The position numbers and the translations under genes are program-made. This document shows positions 26,700 to 40,815 of a DNA stretch of 64,000 nucleotides, one piece after another. The stretch is from Camelus dromedarius. Lineage: Eukaryota. Under the pieces are notes generated by a model, which worked only from the letters and a program-made list of their open reading frames with translations, did not search any database and was not told the origin of the DNA. The stretch's first letter is position 1. Each line of letters opens with the position of its first letter. Location of the stretch: positions 96,970,001-97,034,000 of the forward strand of contig NC_087437.1 of NCBI RefSeq assembly GCF_036321535.1, written 5' to 3'.

Positions 26700-28085
26700 A
26701 CCTGGTCTCTCTTGTTCTCCTATTTTCCATCTCTATTCTTCTTTCTCCTGATTGCTACTCTTTCCTTCTTTTCCAAATTTTTAACTGTATCTCCTAGGAC
26801 AAGGCTTAAACTCTCCTACAAGCTCAGCTACTTCTCTGAACTTATCCATCATCGTCTTGACTTAAATGTAACTTTTCTCCTCCCTGAAAATATTACTTCT
26901 TCTACAGACTTCTCTACTGTGGCTGTTTATCACTACAATCCATACACTTCAGGGGTGGAAGTTGGCCAGCTTCTTTTTTATTCCACACTAGCATCCTGCT
27001 ATGTTTCCCTCTAGTTGTCTCATCATTTCCTTGTAAGCATCTCTTTGGTGCATCATTTAAAACCTCTTCCACTCAGATCCTGCTATCAATCTGAAGTCAC
27101 TCTATTCTCTGTGTTCATTGATCTCATTGTTAGGCAGTTAGATACAAATGCATACCAGGCAAAGGGGAGAGGAAGGGGAAAGAGCAACCCAGAAAAATAA
27201 CAGTGTGCCTGTGCTCAGGATAAGGGGCTCCAAAAACTTTAACTTTCTCTAACAGAGGGCCAGCAAAGAAGCCAGCTGGAATCAAATGCTGTGGCTATGC
27301 AGTAGAGAGAAGGACCCAGCTTAACATAACCCAATGCTCATTATAATGTAATTAGCACTGCGGTTTGAGCCCCCTCTTGGGGTGTTTCTCTGTGTGCATC
27401 ATGGGTAAGAGCATGTGCAAAAGAGATGGGCATGCCTGAGCACTCAAGGGATGTGAGCTGTCAGTCAATCAGGATAATGCCCCTAAACCAGGATATAAAC
27501 AGGAGAAACAAACGGGCTGCACCATTTTCCTTTCTTGAGTTGGCCCACCTTCAATTTCGGAGGTGTACTATACTTTACAAACTTTTGCTCTACTAATAAA
27601 ATTTTCTGTTTATATCACGCTTTTAGTCTCCTGTTTAAATTCTTTTTTCTTGGGTAAGGCAAAGAACCAAGGTCTTTTCCCCCCTCCTGGTAACATGATC
27701 TTCAAAGACATTCACTTCACGTTACTGTCCATGCCCTGGGTTTATCAACATCCTTCAGAGCAGCTTCACATGTGAGTCATTATTTTTATATCCATCATCC
27801 TTTCATCAAAGCCTCTTTTCTCTCTAGCTCTATTTCCCCTCTTTTCCCACCACTTCTTTTCTTGAAACTCATTAATGTCTTCAATTGCTTTGCCAGTTTA
27901 TTTTTTTCCATTCAGCCTCCACCTAGTCTTGATTCCATTCTAATATAAATTATCTTATCAATTATTTTATCTGTTTTCTCACAATGCACTAAACTTCTTT
28001 GTCCCACTTTCACATCTACCTGGGAAGTCTCAACTCTGGATGAATCTGCTGTCTTCACAACTATATCTAGAGCTTAAATTCACTA
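26700..28085 (+). mobile_element. Degenerate L2 internal region interrupted by an ERV LTR
   Basis: Pyrimidine-rich L2-like sequence continues on both sides of the LTR at 27128-27695. Confidence 0.4.
27128..27695 (+). mobile_element. ERV solo LTR (ERV1-like), same family as 57438-57850
   Basis: TGTTA...TAACA termini, near 4-bp target-site duplication tcat/tgat, TATA box (gatataaa ~27492) and AATAAA (~27595). Confidence 0.85.
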
Positions 28086-28087
28086 TT

Positions 28088-28235
28088 AACTCATCATTTA
28101 CCAAACTATTATTTATTGAGCAATTCTGGGTTCCTTGTACAAATTGGGTACTAGGGGTACAATAGTGAATAAACCATAAAGAGTTCTTTCCATCTAGAGG
28201 GGAAGAGAGACATTGATTAAATAGTAACATGAATA
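28088..28235 (-). mobile_element. L2 3' end fragment
   Basis: 'tatttattgagca...gggtactaggggtacaatagtgaataa...tctagaggggaagagagaca'. Confidence 0.6.
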
Positions 28236-28964
28236 AATATAAATATGCAGATATATACAAACTCTTTAATATTGCTCAGTGTGCACTCCATGATTGGGCA
28301 TCTGCTTACCCACTCTATGTCTTAGGGAGTCATAGTCTCTTTTCTCTTCCCTATGATTCTTACAGGATGCTTCTTCTGCCTAGAAAATATTCTAGATAAC
28401 TCCTACTTATCTTTTTGGTATCCTTCAATTTTCAGGTAGATGTAAAGTAACATTCAATATATTCTTAAGGTACTTCATATGTCATCTACCATAGTGGTCA
28501 GAGATGTCATTAACCAGGTTGATTCACAAGGGATAGGCAGTAAAATGGAAGATGAACTACGTTTCCAAATGAAGGTTATGTTAGCTATTGGGAGACATGA
28601 TACATGGATAAAGAAAATACAGAAATTGGAAGAAGAATGTGACTGATAGAGGACTGAACACAGAGAGAGGAGAAGGCTGACTATATCAAGATGAGGAGAG
28701 AAATTTTATACCTGTTGTTAAGTGAGAAAATGTGAAGAAAATGAGAGATACTTAGAACTACTGAGAAGCTTTCTGATACCTACATAAGCCCTCTTCTCTG
28801 TTGCTTTAATGAATGTTACAATAAAGATTTACATTATTCATAAAGACTCCTGCCTGTTGAATTGTGTTTCTTACATTTTCTTTTTATGGAGACATGAGGA
28901 AGGGAGGTTTGTGTGTAAAGGCAGGCTGGAGGAATCTGAACTATATTTTAATTATGTGGTGCCT

Positions 28965-29150
28965 AGTGCATTGTATTGCAATTGTTTGTTAAACTGTGTG
29001 TTTTCCCCCATAAATTTTAAGCTCCATGAAAGCAGGCATCATGATTAACTTGACTAGCATAATGCCAATTGCAGAGTAAGTGATCAAAATATGTTTATTA
29101 AGTTAATCTAAAAATGAATGAATAAATGCATTAATGAACATTTTATTGTA
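28965..29150 (+). mobile_element. L2 3' end fragment
   Basis: 'taagctccatgaaagcagg...ctagcataatgcc...cagagtaagtgatcaaaatatgttt...aatgaatgaataaatg'. Confidence 0.65.
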
Positions 29151-29735
29151 TATATTTATGACATAATTGAATTTGTCAATAAGATTCCAGAGACTAGCAA
29201 TTCAAAGCTGTATAAAGCTAGTAGGGGAATAATAATTACAACTAATTTTAATTATCCTTTAGGAATAAGTACAAACATGAAAATACATACATTAAAATTA
29301 TGTATTATTTTACAATTATTTGATTTTAAAAAGATACATCACTGGAATATCTTATTAACTTAAAACCAAGGAAAATCATGTTATTATTTTTTATGCTTAT
29401 GAGATCATATATGTGTATAACAGACGAAAAGATAGACTCAATAGATTGATTCACTTCTTAGTCATCTTTTTTAAAAGGGGAGGGGGAAAAAAGAGAGAGT
29501 TAGAGACAGAAAGAGACATCAGAGAGACAGACAAACTAGTTACAAGTCCAAATTGTGTAAAAAGCATGTGGAGTTGTTAAAGAAAGAAGGGGAAAGAAGA
29601 TGATTACAAGGTATAAAATAGCTCACTCACAGGAAAATAATGACGGGTTTATTTCCAAATTATTTTATTTGATAAATAACTTGAAAGGACTAGGATTGGC
29701 CTATTCTTGGCTTACTTTACACGCATGTGTGCACA

Positions 29736-29737
<2 letters not shown>

Positions 29738-29772
<35 letters not shown>
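29738..29772. repeat. (CA)n microsatellite, about 17 units
   Basis: Read directly from the sequence. Confidence 0.95.
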
Positions 29773-29774
<2 letters not shown>

Positions 29775-30479
29775 CTAGTCTATAACAGAGACTCTTCCCT
29801 GTCATTTTCCTTCCCATGTCTTTCCTGTCATTTTCCCCCTCTAAGCCTACTAATAGATGCTTCAACTTTTAATGTTAATTATTAAATATTTTCAGTATTT
29901 AACTTGGTTTTCCTGCAGATGAAATAGTCAGAACCTCCCTAAACACCAAATATGACAGCATGCCTCCTTACTTAAATAGTCTCTTAATTCCTTACCATTT
30001 CCTGATTTAGGTCTGATATCTTTTGAATGGCTTGTGTGACTTATCAAAATTTTATCTAAGAACCGTCTCAACCATGGTGCATTTATAATTAATTCTCCCC
30101 TAATAATTCTGTCACACTGAACTTTTTGCCATTTCCTGAAGCATGTCCTACATTTTCCTTAATGGGGGTTGTGGCAGACTCTTGCTTGCTAAGCCAACAT
30201 AATGAATGTGAAAATGTGGATACACCATGAAGTGTTATGCAATATGTTCCCTCCAAATGATTAATACTTTCTAGTAGGGTGATTTGATTTTTCAGAGCCA
30301 TTGATATAGTTCTCCTATAACCTTCTTCACAAAGTATTTAAATGCTACTAAGGAGAAAAAGAACTATAATCTTAACATTTTAACATTTTATGTATTTAGT
30401 AGAGATTAAATAAATATCTTTATGGAAGGTGGCATAAACCCAATATATAAGCCCATAATTTAAAATATTATCCCTTTTT

Positions 30480-30730
30480 GGGGGTTGGGAAGGGATAGAT
30501 TGGGAGTTCAAAATTTGTAGATACTGACAGGTATATGAAGAATAGATAAACAAGATTACACTGTATAGCACAGGGAAATATATATAAGATATTGTGGTAG
30601 CTCACAGTGAAAAAAATGTGACAATGAATATATGTATGTTCATGTATAACTGAAAAATTGTGCTCTACTCTGGAAATTAACACAACATTGTAAACTGACT
30701 ATAACTCAATAAAAATACTAAAAAAAAGAA
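30480..30730 (+). mobile_element. Relatively young 5'-truncated L1 (3' UTR and poly(A) only)
   Basis: 'gggaagggatagattgggagtt...gaatagataaacaag...ctgtatagcacaggga...cacaacattgtaaactgactataactcaataaaaa' plus A-tail; target-site duplication core tatccctttt at 30469-30478 and 30734-30743. Confidence 0.9.
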
Positions 30731-31237
30731 AAATATCCCTTTTAAAACTATAATGTTTAAGGAAACTTTAGAATGTTCCATTTTAAAGAACACATGACTC
30801 TCCTTTGAACTTAATATTGGTGATAGGACTACAAAGACCTGTCAGCTAGCTGGCATTGATTTTTGGCATTTCATTTTTCAGAAAACTAAGACTTTTTTCA
30901 TTACTAATTTGGAAAAAACTACTACTAATGTTGCCAAAATTCATCTTGTTACAATTTGCTGCCTTTTTAAAGGTGATCACAAGGAATAAAGTTCAATACG
31001 TTTTTAATGACTTGGTCTTATTATGAATATATATTATTGCTTTATTATGTTAAATGATGATACCTTCCAAGGTTTTTGAGAACTTTAGGGCTATTTTCCT
31101 TAGTCCATTTGTTTTTGGAATTTTTTTTAATCTGTTTTGGTAAATTTTCAATCTTTTTGATGCATGACTATCACTTTTTAAGGTCTAGGGAATGTTTATA
31201 CTAATTCTTTACTGATGCTGGGGTAGCCAAATCATCA

Positions 31238-31464
31238 TAATAATACGTCTTTATTGAATGGAAACTGTGTATGAGATAATTTTCTAAGCTCTCTTACGAA
31301 TTAGCTCATTTACTCCTCACCTGAGGTTATGTCCACTTGGCATATGAGGAAATAAGGACACAGAGAAGTTAAAATATTTGCCCAATACTACATGCCTAGT
31401 AGAGCTTTGACCCCAGTGAGTCTGGCTTCAGAGCCTGTAGTTTTAATCTTTGTGTTATGATGCC
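31238..31464 (-). mobile_element. MIR SINE
   Basis: 'ctcatttactcctcac...atgaggaaataaggacacagagaagttaa...tttgccca...tttgaccccag...gtctggcttcagagcc'. Confidence 0.8.
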
Positions 31465-34400
31465 AAGGTAAATGTGTATTGAAAAATTTAAACTATATTA
31501 TGAATGTGTATAAGAAATAATGTCAAATTAAAATTTTAGAAGTCAAAAGGAATATAAAAAAGAAAAGAATTAAAACTAACATGCATCAATTTTACACACT
31601 TATAGAGTATAACAGGAAGCTTTAAGTACAGTGGGAGCAACACAGACATTGGCCCTACTGTCACGGAACTAACAGTATAATGGGCAAAACACAAAGGGGT
31701 TTTGTATTAAAATGTGATTAGTACTAGAAAAGGGAAAATAAAAGGAATCACAGAACATAGAGCAGAGGCACCTATCCTATACCAGCAATAACCACTGCTA
31801 ACATTTTGAATTACAAAGTTAAAGACTTCTGTCCATATTCGTGTAATCACATTTAAATTATATACCCTTCTCAAAGATGCTTATCTTTTAAGAAGTACAA
31901 TATTTATCTAAAATTTATGAGTAATTATGAGTTTAACACACTTCTTATATTTCAGTTACTCTTTGGTTATATTTACAAAGAACTGGAAATTGAATCAAAT
32001 TTGAAAAAGTTTTTTAGATTAAACTCAAGAGCTGGATTGCTTTTAGGCTAAACCATGTGATTTAAACTTTGAGAACAGGATTATTACGCTAAATCATGGA
32101 TTCTTATGGCCACCCAGGGGAAAGCACAAAACTGAGTTCAAAATAAATGGAAAATTTACTACTTCAAGTTATGGATTTTCATTTACTTGTTAATTTTACT
32201 GTTCTGCCAGACAATCACTTGGTGGAGTTTATCTGATTCCTGAAAATAACCTTGTTGGTATGACAAAGCTGTAGCTTTTATATTACAGTGCTTACTGCAA
32301 AATACTTTTTGATATGGGGAATTCTTTCTCAAACAGTTAGTATTTAAATATCAATACGATTTCTAGAACAAATGGTGTTCTGCAAGTTTCCTCATGCAGG
32401 GCTTTATGGAATTTATGAAGATCCTGAAAAAGTAAGCACATTTTTAGTATACTTGCTTTTTTGCAAGAGAGGACACATGACTTGTGTGAGACCCTCAGAG
32501 CAGGATTTATAGCCAGTGAACTATTAGGACCATCAGTCTTGGGAGCTTTAGATACCGTTGTATTTTACTTTTTCATGGATTGATTTTAAGTAAAATATTA
32601 TCTGATAAAGTTTATCTGGAAAGCAGGCTTACTTTTCTTCATAGGTAGAATAGACCAGAAATTTTCAGACTAACACCAAATCTTGGGCTTTCTAAAGCTC
32701 CAAATACAATCAAAGATTATTTTATTGGAAAAGTATACTGTAGTATTAGCGGGCTTTAAAGTCACTGTAAGCACATAATTGCTTTGTTAATTCCCTGGTT
32801 CCCTGTAGGCTGACTGATTCAACTAGGAAACGCGTAGGAAACCTTTGATTGCGTCAAATAGGATATGACTCTATCTTCTCACTTAACTGAAGATCAAAGA
32901 GATGCTCTTTTCCCCACAACTGGATCACTATCACATGCTTCTAGAGATAAGGAAATGAAAAACCCAGACTTTTTCTGGGGGCAGGGGTGGGGAAGGCTCA
33001 TTATAGCTCTAGTTTTTTATTAACCTTTTGCTTACAGTTTCAAGGCTATTTGTCTGCTTTGTGTTCAAAGTTAAGCAAGCCCACAAAAAGATGGGTATTC
33101 CCTGTTAAAACTTGCAAACCAAGAAAGATAAATGTTAAGTTACAAACCCTGTCTAAGCCATTTAAATAAAATACTTCCTTCATTATTTATTATCATTTAC
33201 ATTAGTATTCATTTACCTTGCCCAAGGATTTATTGTAAAAGAAATATTCAAGCTCCAGTTACAAGTTCAAACTTAGTATGAACCTTTTTTCTTAGAAAAA
33301 ACTTGAGTTTTTTTTTAATAAAAAAAGGACTAGTTTTATTTATCCAAATTATGTTGCCAAATGAATCCTAAAATACTAATTAAAAACAATTTTAAAAGAA
33401 CAGGGAAAAGATAAAATCCATCAAATAAAACTACAAAAGGAAAATATAATTAAGTAATCAGAAGTCAATGATATGTCTGTACTTTTGAAAATCTGAAATT
33501 TGATTCACTATCTTTGCAAATTTTTGACTATTTCTCCTATTTTATCAAAGAGAAACTTTCTAATAATTCTAAACTTTTGTGCTTTACTGAAAATATTTAT
33601 ACATTAAAATTTGAACTTATGATAATTTGAAACACAATGTCAAAATGAAAGAACAGGCCATACCCTAACATTTCCTTTTTCTTGGGTACCCACTGTGCTT
33701 CAGAACCTCTTTGGGGCATGTCTTCCTTTGTCACAGATAGTTTTTGGTACTCATTAAGCTAAAATTACTGGCAAAAACAAAAACAAAAACTCATGAATAG
33801 TTTTGTGGCTGGGTGGTCTATGATTTCAAGAATTAGTTATGGTTTTACCAATTTACTTTTTTGATTGTTCCATACAAATTTAATTGGAAAAATATCCTGT
33901 GTGGAGGCTTTTCATTTTAGGAGTGTGGGAACTTTTTTCCTTTCCATGTGCGGGTGGGGAGTCTGCATTTGTAGTGCAAATGTTATAATTTACTTAAAAT
34001 ACTGTAATAAAATTTGGCCTGAGGTTCTTAATTCTCTTTTAATCAAGTGGTAATTAAAATAAATAAGACATATACAAGTAATTTTCTCTACCTGAAAACA
34101 TGGCAGAGTAGAGAAAGATAAATATGTATGACAACTGATTAAAAGTGACAGAATTTTAAAACTACGAAAAACTTTAAATTGATGCCATCAGTTTTGGCAG
34201 TGTGAGGGCACAGTTTTAAGGAAACATGATTATTTTATTTACTCTTGAATAGTAGTATAATGGAATATGTACAGCTAGTCAAGGATATTCCCAGAACTAG
34301 AATGAAGTTCTTCTGTTCTTTGCTTCATGACAGAATCTTTATATATTGTTTATGTAAACCCTTGCTGTAATGTAAAATTAATATGGAACTAAAGCAGAAT

Positions 34401-35799
34401 CCAAAGAAAATAAGGAACTAAGTAAAAGACAACTTTTTTTTTTTCTCCCACGAATACTTACCAATTAACAAATGGTTTTTATTGCTTTCTTCCTCCTTTC
34501 AACAACCCCCTTTTCCCCTGTGGGCTCTGAGTATAATTAATGTACTCTATGCATCTAACTGAATCAGACCACAATAGGTTACTCACAACTTTGAACACTC
34601 AAGATGTTTTCTTGTCAAAAGCCTTTAGACTCTCTTCATCCAATAGCCTTTCTTAAATCTCTGACAAGGTCATGTAACTTCCAAACCAGGAGTGGCAGAG
34701 AAACAAAAGAATAAGGGAGAAGGAAGGCAGAAAATGGGCCGAGTACTTTCACAGTGTGAAACTCCACAGTAAAATGTTTGTTTGTTTACAATCAACAGAC
34801 TCATTATTTCTTCTCTTAATTATAACTTTTCTCTTTCTGGAGCCAGATCTAGTGACATCCTAAAATACATTTCTACTCAATCACTTCAAGTAAGCATATA
34901 AGTTCTAACCAGTCTCTTGAAAAGGAATTCTGATTTTCTCAGACTTTTAAATTATAAATTCTTGAAATGAGTGGAATTTTAATGAGAAAAATATTTAATT
35001 AAAAAATTGCAAATGCAGGCTAAATTTGATTTTTGTATTGCCTAATTCTTTATTTAGAGTGCTATATAATTTCACTGTTTGATGGATGTACCTAAGGAAA
35101 TAGAAAAATCCTGGGGTATTTTAGAGAAGAGGCTCTTACAACCCTCTAGAGACCTCAGCCCACATTTAGTCTTTTTTTCCCTTGCTTATTTCAAGTCCAA
35201 ACAAATGTATAAGGACTTAAAATCTATTTCAAAAGTATGTCTCAGAAATCTCAGTCACATGAAATTACAGAATATGTACATAAATGAAACATTTGTAATC
35301 AACTGGAGAACCACAAAGTAATGAATTTAGAGAAATAATTGTAACCTAATGTTTGATAGACACCAGATGACATATGCATGTGTGTTTTTCAGTTTTCTTG
35401 GTAACTTTAAAAATGATTTTATCATCCAAACCTATATTAAACAGAATCATGTCATACTGAAGTGACTGGAATTTTAAACAGCTTGCCATCTATTAACAAA
35501 ATCAGCAAGGAGTTATTTGTACTATTAAACTGAAATGTTTTTTGATCAAGTATGGGTTGGTTCCAATTTCTCAATATGTGTCTTAGGTTATTTTTAAACT
35601 AATTCAATTATAGAAATATCATTTTACCTTAATTTCATTGTCCTTAGTAATCATGTTTTCTTGTTTAAGATTCTTAAATATGCCTCAGGATACCACAATC
35701 TTTCTGTTTCTCATTTTCCTTGTAAAATACATAAGACCTAACTCAATTTTTATGAAATATTTGTTTAGATCACTTATCTAACGATGTAGGAGTTTCTTC

Positions 35800-36900
35800 A
35801 GTGCTCAGGTCTGGGCCTTTCTCTAATCTCTGTCTGATTTCTCTGCCTCACTAATCATATAGTATCATTTAAACCCCTTCTTTATAATAACAATTCCCAA
35901 ATTTAGATCCTCAGTCCAGACCTTTCTTCTGAGCTCCACCCACCTATGCAACTGCTTACTTGACACGCTCTCTTGAATGTCCTGCAGATCTCTCCAACCT
36001 GACATGCCCATAATGAAACAATTTTTTTGTTACAACTCTTACCCTCTCCAGCCTTCCTCATCTCAACTAATGCCATCACTTTTAACTAAGTCAAAACCAA
36101 CCCTTTTTTTTCACTCAAGCCCAAACTTTTTTTAGGATTTTTTTAAAAATGTAATAGGCTTTATTTTTTAGAGATGTTTTTGGTTTAGAGCAGAGTTCCT
36201 GTTGCTCTCACACAGGTATAGCCTCCCTGATTATCAACATACCCTATCAGAGTGGTACTTTCCTAACAATTAGTGAACCTACATTGAAACACCACTATCA
36301 TCCAAAATCCAGAATTTACATTAGGGGTCACTCTAATTCTATATTCTATGGATTTTGACAAATGTATAATAAAGTGTCATTCTTGATTTCTCCCTTCCCT
36401 ACCTTCATCCCTTGTTCAAATTTATCTATGACTCATATGGATTCCACCTACAAAATATTTGCTGACTGTGTCCTTTATCACTGCTACTGCCACTGATCTT
36501 ACATGTGGAATAAAATGATAGCCTCCTAAGCTGCCTTCCCATCTTTACCCACAGCAAATACATGTTTATGTCAGTCAATCAGCTGGATGGCTTGTGATTT
36601 CACTTCAAACAATATCCAATCTCTTCCTATAGACTACAGGTTCTATACAATTTAGACTTTGCATGTATCTCTAACTTCTTCTTGTACCACTCACTCCCAA
36701 ACTCATGCCTTTCCAGCCACAGACATCCTCCTTCTACTACTCCAACTTCCATAGTCTTACCTGGCCCAGTGTTTTTGCACAACTCATTTCCTTTCCTGGG
36801 TGCTCTTCCACTCCTCACACCCTTCAGGTGGCTGGTCCCCTCTTCTGCTTTAGTGCTCAGTTTATGTTCACTCTGGAGAAAAGCATCCATTGATCCCCTG
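35800..36900 (+). mobile_element. L2 LINE 3' region interrupted by an L1MC fragment
   Basis: 'ccagacctttcttctgagctcca...caactgcttacttgaca...cttgaatgtcc...ctcttccagccttcctcatctca' and continued L2-like sequence after 36380. Confidence 0.65.
36140..36378 (-). mobile_element. L1MC-type 3' end
   Basis: 'ctttattttttagag...agcctccctgattatcaacatacc...cagagtggtac...tgaacctacattga...tttacattagggg...ttctatggattttgacaaatgtataat'. Confidence 0.8.
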
Positions 36901-36924
36901 AACCCACAGGTTATTTATTAAGCC

Positions 36925-37122
36925 AAACTCAACCACTTGCTGACTAACCTTGGGTAAGCTCAAAAGTATCTATGAGCCTCAATTTCCTTATCTGTAAAAT
37001 GAGTAGAATAATAACCATGTACTACATGAGGCTGTTAAGAGGATATGAGCAGCTGATATATGAAAAGTACTTAAAATATAATAGCTATTGCATGGTAAGC
37101 ACTCAGACACTGTTATTATTAT
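36925..37122 (+). mobile_element. MIR SINE
   Basis: 'accttgggtaag...tgagcctcaatttccttatctgtaaaatgag...catggtaagcactca...gttattattat'. Confidence 0.8.
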
Positions 37123-38934
37123 CTTGCCTCTTTTTCTCTTTATTTATCTTTCATCAACATGTTCACATTTCTTTTTCTCAAACACTTTCAACCAGCAGCA
37201 CTGGGTTTATGGTGTTGGATTTTCTAATTTTCCCTTCCTACTCCTCCCAACACCAAAATATCTTTTGTTAAAATTTGATTTCAGATTAATTATCTTTTCT
37301 GATATCACTGTTGTCACTTGGAAAGTTTTAGATAATAATAATCCAGTTTATTTAAAATATAAAATCTATTGTATTGAATGGTGAAGGGGTACTCACTTAA
37401 GAACATTTTTAAATTTCTGATATTGACAATCATGTTTCTAATCTTCTTCTTAGGATTTCAAAAGCAAAGTTACCAAGAAAATACAAAAACACCTATATCA
37501 CACAAAAGAAAGAGATTAGTTTATGTGAGAAGGTGGAAAGGAGAAGCTAGTAGCAACCCAAATTAACTGTTCATGTCACGTATGTTAGCTGTTGGGATTA
37601 ACCTACTTTCTTTTGCATTTATCAACATCCATATCCCTAATAAAACTGTGATATCAGCCATGTCAGCAGAAAAAAAGGAAATTTTAAGTTGATAGCTTTC
37701 GAAAAAAGATAACAAATAGATAATTGAGTCTGATGCCATTTCTTGTTGTTTTTTTTTTTTTTAAATATATCCCTGTCAAGAAATATATAAGACCATTGTA
37801 CAACTAAAGTGAAAAAAAAATCACGTAAGATTCTAAAATATTCAGATGTTGCTTTGGCTATCAGAAATAAGAATAACACATTTAATAGAAAATAATTTTT
37901 AGTATTTGGGTTGATTTTGAAATTATCACACTAATTTCTTTAGTGTCAGTAGATGTTTAAAATATAAACAATGTGAGGGTTTTAAGTGTCAAAGCAAAGC
38001 TGGATTTCTTTGTGAACTGAAGATTTCTAATCATCTTTCTCTGCACAATGTTTAGCTTTAATTACCTTCGAAAACATACCAACTGCACACAGCAATAATT
38101 TTATACTTATGTTGACAAGAGCTTAACTATACTCAGAGCACCACAAAATCCATCATCTCTAATCCCAATGGCTCTGGAAAAATAACACTAAAGAAACCTC
38201 AGCTTAATTTAAACCTGTAATAAGCCAAAGAAGGAATAAAGATAACTATCCCCGGATTAGCACACATTTTGACAATTTTAAGAAAATAATTACCACAACT
38301 ATCTTGTGTGGAATTGCTAATTTTGCAAGGCATGAGTTAGGATAAAATCAAAGAACAAAAAGAGTTTCACCACATAATTATATTGTATCTAAAGTAGAAA
38401 AATCTCTAACTAGATTTCAATGCCTCCTACCCCACCAAGTGGACTAATGGTGTTATTTTTGTTACCAGCTTTTAAAATAAAATATTCAAGTTGCAGGCTA
38501 AAGAAGCAGAATAAGCTTTTTTAGGGGGAAAAAAAAAAAAACTTCCAAGTTTAGGTTTATAGATTTTAGCACTGAATTGTAAAGAAAGCAGCATAAAGTA
38601 TTTTATATGCAGTTTTAAAATTATGTAGCTTCACAGAAACATACAACTTTCTCTAGTCCATGATTTTAATATATAAAGTAGTTCAGTATAACTCAGATTA
38701 GAGATTTAAAAAAGGAGAGTTGACCATAAACATAAATTAACGTATGCATGAGACATTATAAAATAAATATGGAATTTTAACAAGGTTTTATTTGTCAGAG
38801 GTAATTTAAGATGAGTTTTTCTTTTTTTCTTAACAGATAATTTAATTGATCAATAACACTTCCCAAAAGCAAAATGGAAAGATTTAATGATTTAGAAATG
38901 ACAGCACTATTTTAGAAAAAAAAAAAAAAAGATG

Positions 38935-39392
38935 AAAGCACTATGTAGAGGAAAACTCACAGGTTTGAGGTCAAAGACATCAGTTAAAGTTTTGAATCAC
39001 CACTTACGATCCTGGTGACCATTGGCCATCCCTGTCCCATCTGCCAAATGGAGTTAATTGTACTAATAAGCAGAGGTGTTGCAGTAAATTATATGTGACT
39101 AAAGCCTGCCTGATTATGATGACAACAACCATTCTTGTAAGAAAGCAGATAACAAATAATCAGGGTTTACTCCATGCCAGGTACAATTTTAAGGACTTTT
39201 ATGAATTATCCCATAAAAACTCATATATATTATTCCATTTAACCCCACTGATTAGTCCCATTTTACAGAAATGGAAAGTAAATCACTGAGAAATTGAGCA
39301 CTTGCTCAACTTAATACAACTATTTATTAGTGGCCAGACAAGAATTATAATCCAACTGTCTGTCTCCAGAACTCTTCTTTTAAGCACAGCAC
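38935..39392. mobile_element. Two MIR fragments in opposite orientation (+ ~38935-39100, - ~39150-39392)
   Basis: MIR core on + ('catctgccaaatggag') and on - ('cccattttacagaaatggaaagtaaatcactgagaaattgagcacttgctcaa'). Confidence 0.6.
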
Positions 39393-40519
39393 TAATGACA
39401 CTGAGTTAATGTCAAATAAACACATACAATATCCATCTATTCATCTATATATACATACTTTTTTTTCAGAGAAAAAAAAACTTCAAAACAAAAACAAAAA
39501 TCAGAGATCTAGTAGATAGATGCTTCAACTTAAAAGGTGAATAACTCAGAGTTCAGTAAGAGCTTGTTTGTCTTGTATTATAATATCAATAGTGAAGAAT
39601 TCCAAAACTAGATCAACATATCTCCACAAAACCTCTCTCTACCACACCCCTACACTGTAGAGTGTAATCAGTTTCCTTTGATCAGTCTGATACTATTTCA
39701 TTAATTCCAAGTTCATTATAAAGGAACCCAGAAGAAGGTAGACCAGCTACCTGCCATTTGTCTAGCCTTCAAATAAATGAAGAAGAGGGAGGAGGAGGGG
39801 AAACTCCACAGATCAAACGCATACTTTCTCCCTCTGCCAGTGAAAACACATCCTATAGGTTAGTAACGACAGGATATGAACAATGACAGTTATACACAAT
39901 CAGGAAAGATACAACCTTGGGAGTGTGCTTGACCACTAGACACTAGCTGTCACACTTTATATTACTAGTAAGTATAAGACATGTATTATAGTAACTTATG
40001 ACTGTATTTTCACAAAATGATTTCACACAATTCAAGGTTATGTATATATTATACGAAAAATAAACTTTTTTCTTATTAAAAAGTACAAGAGGTTAAAAAG
40101 TCTTAACTTCTGGCTATTGCTTTATAAAGGAATGATGAATCTACTGCTGCCTCGTACTCCTGGCCATGTGCCTAGGAAAACTTATATTTGCTGGGATTGC
40201 AAAAAGTAGAGAAATCTGAGGATATTTAAACTTGTTTTCCCCCCAACATATGGTCCTAACATCTTTAAAACCATGAGTGCTGGGAAATCTAATTTCAAAA
40301 TATTAATGGTATTATTATTATAGTTGGAGGTTTGAGTTCACCTACAATCCACTGGAGTTCTTCTGCGTGGAGTAGGCAGGTGGAGAACTACTGAACCATT
40401 CTGGAATAAACACTATGGAGATAAATTATTTTGCCAAACAAGACAAAATGTGTTGTCTTCCTTGGGAATAAAGTTGTTTCTCTACAGATTATTTTCTTGA
40501 TTGGGAGGTAGAACTTAGA

Positions 40520-40686
40520 CCAATGGTTCTCAACTTGGTGACACTTAGAATCACCTGATGAGCTTGAAGAAATACCTATTTCAAGGGTCTCACAAGAAAT
40601 TGTTCTTCAGTTGGTCAGGGTATGGCAGGGATTTAGTAAATTTGAAATCATCCCAGTGAATCTCTTGTGTTACTGGGTACCACTGA
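40520..40686. mobile_element. MER5-type DNA transposon
   Basis: 'caatggttctcaacttgg...ttagaatcacctgatgagctt...ttcagttggtcaggg...accactg'. Confidence 0.7.
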
Positions 40687-40718
40687 CTTAGTCTGAGTGT
40701 AACATGATTGCTTCTTGT

Positions 40719-40815
40719 ATCTCCCCCCCGTCTTCCTCTTCCTCTTTTTCTTCCTCTTCCTCTCCACTCTCTTCTGCTTTGTCCTCCTTTTCCTCCTCTT
40801 TCTTCTCCTTTCTCT
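40719..40815. repeat. CT-rich low-complexity (polypyrimidine) tract
   Basis: Read directly; produces the GA-rich incidental ORF 40590-40859. Confidence 0.85.

Noticed and set aside
30468..30683. 71-aa minus-strand ORF
   Set aside because: Antisense of an L1 3' UTR.
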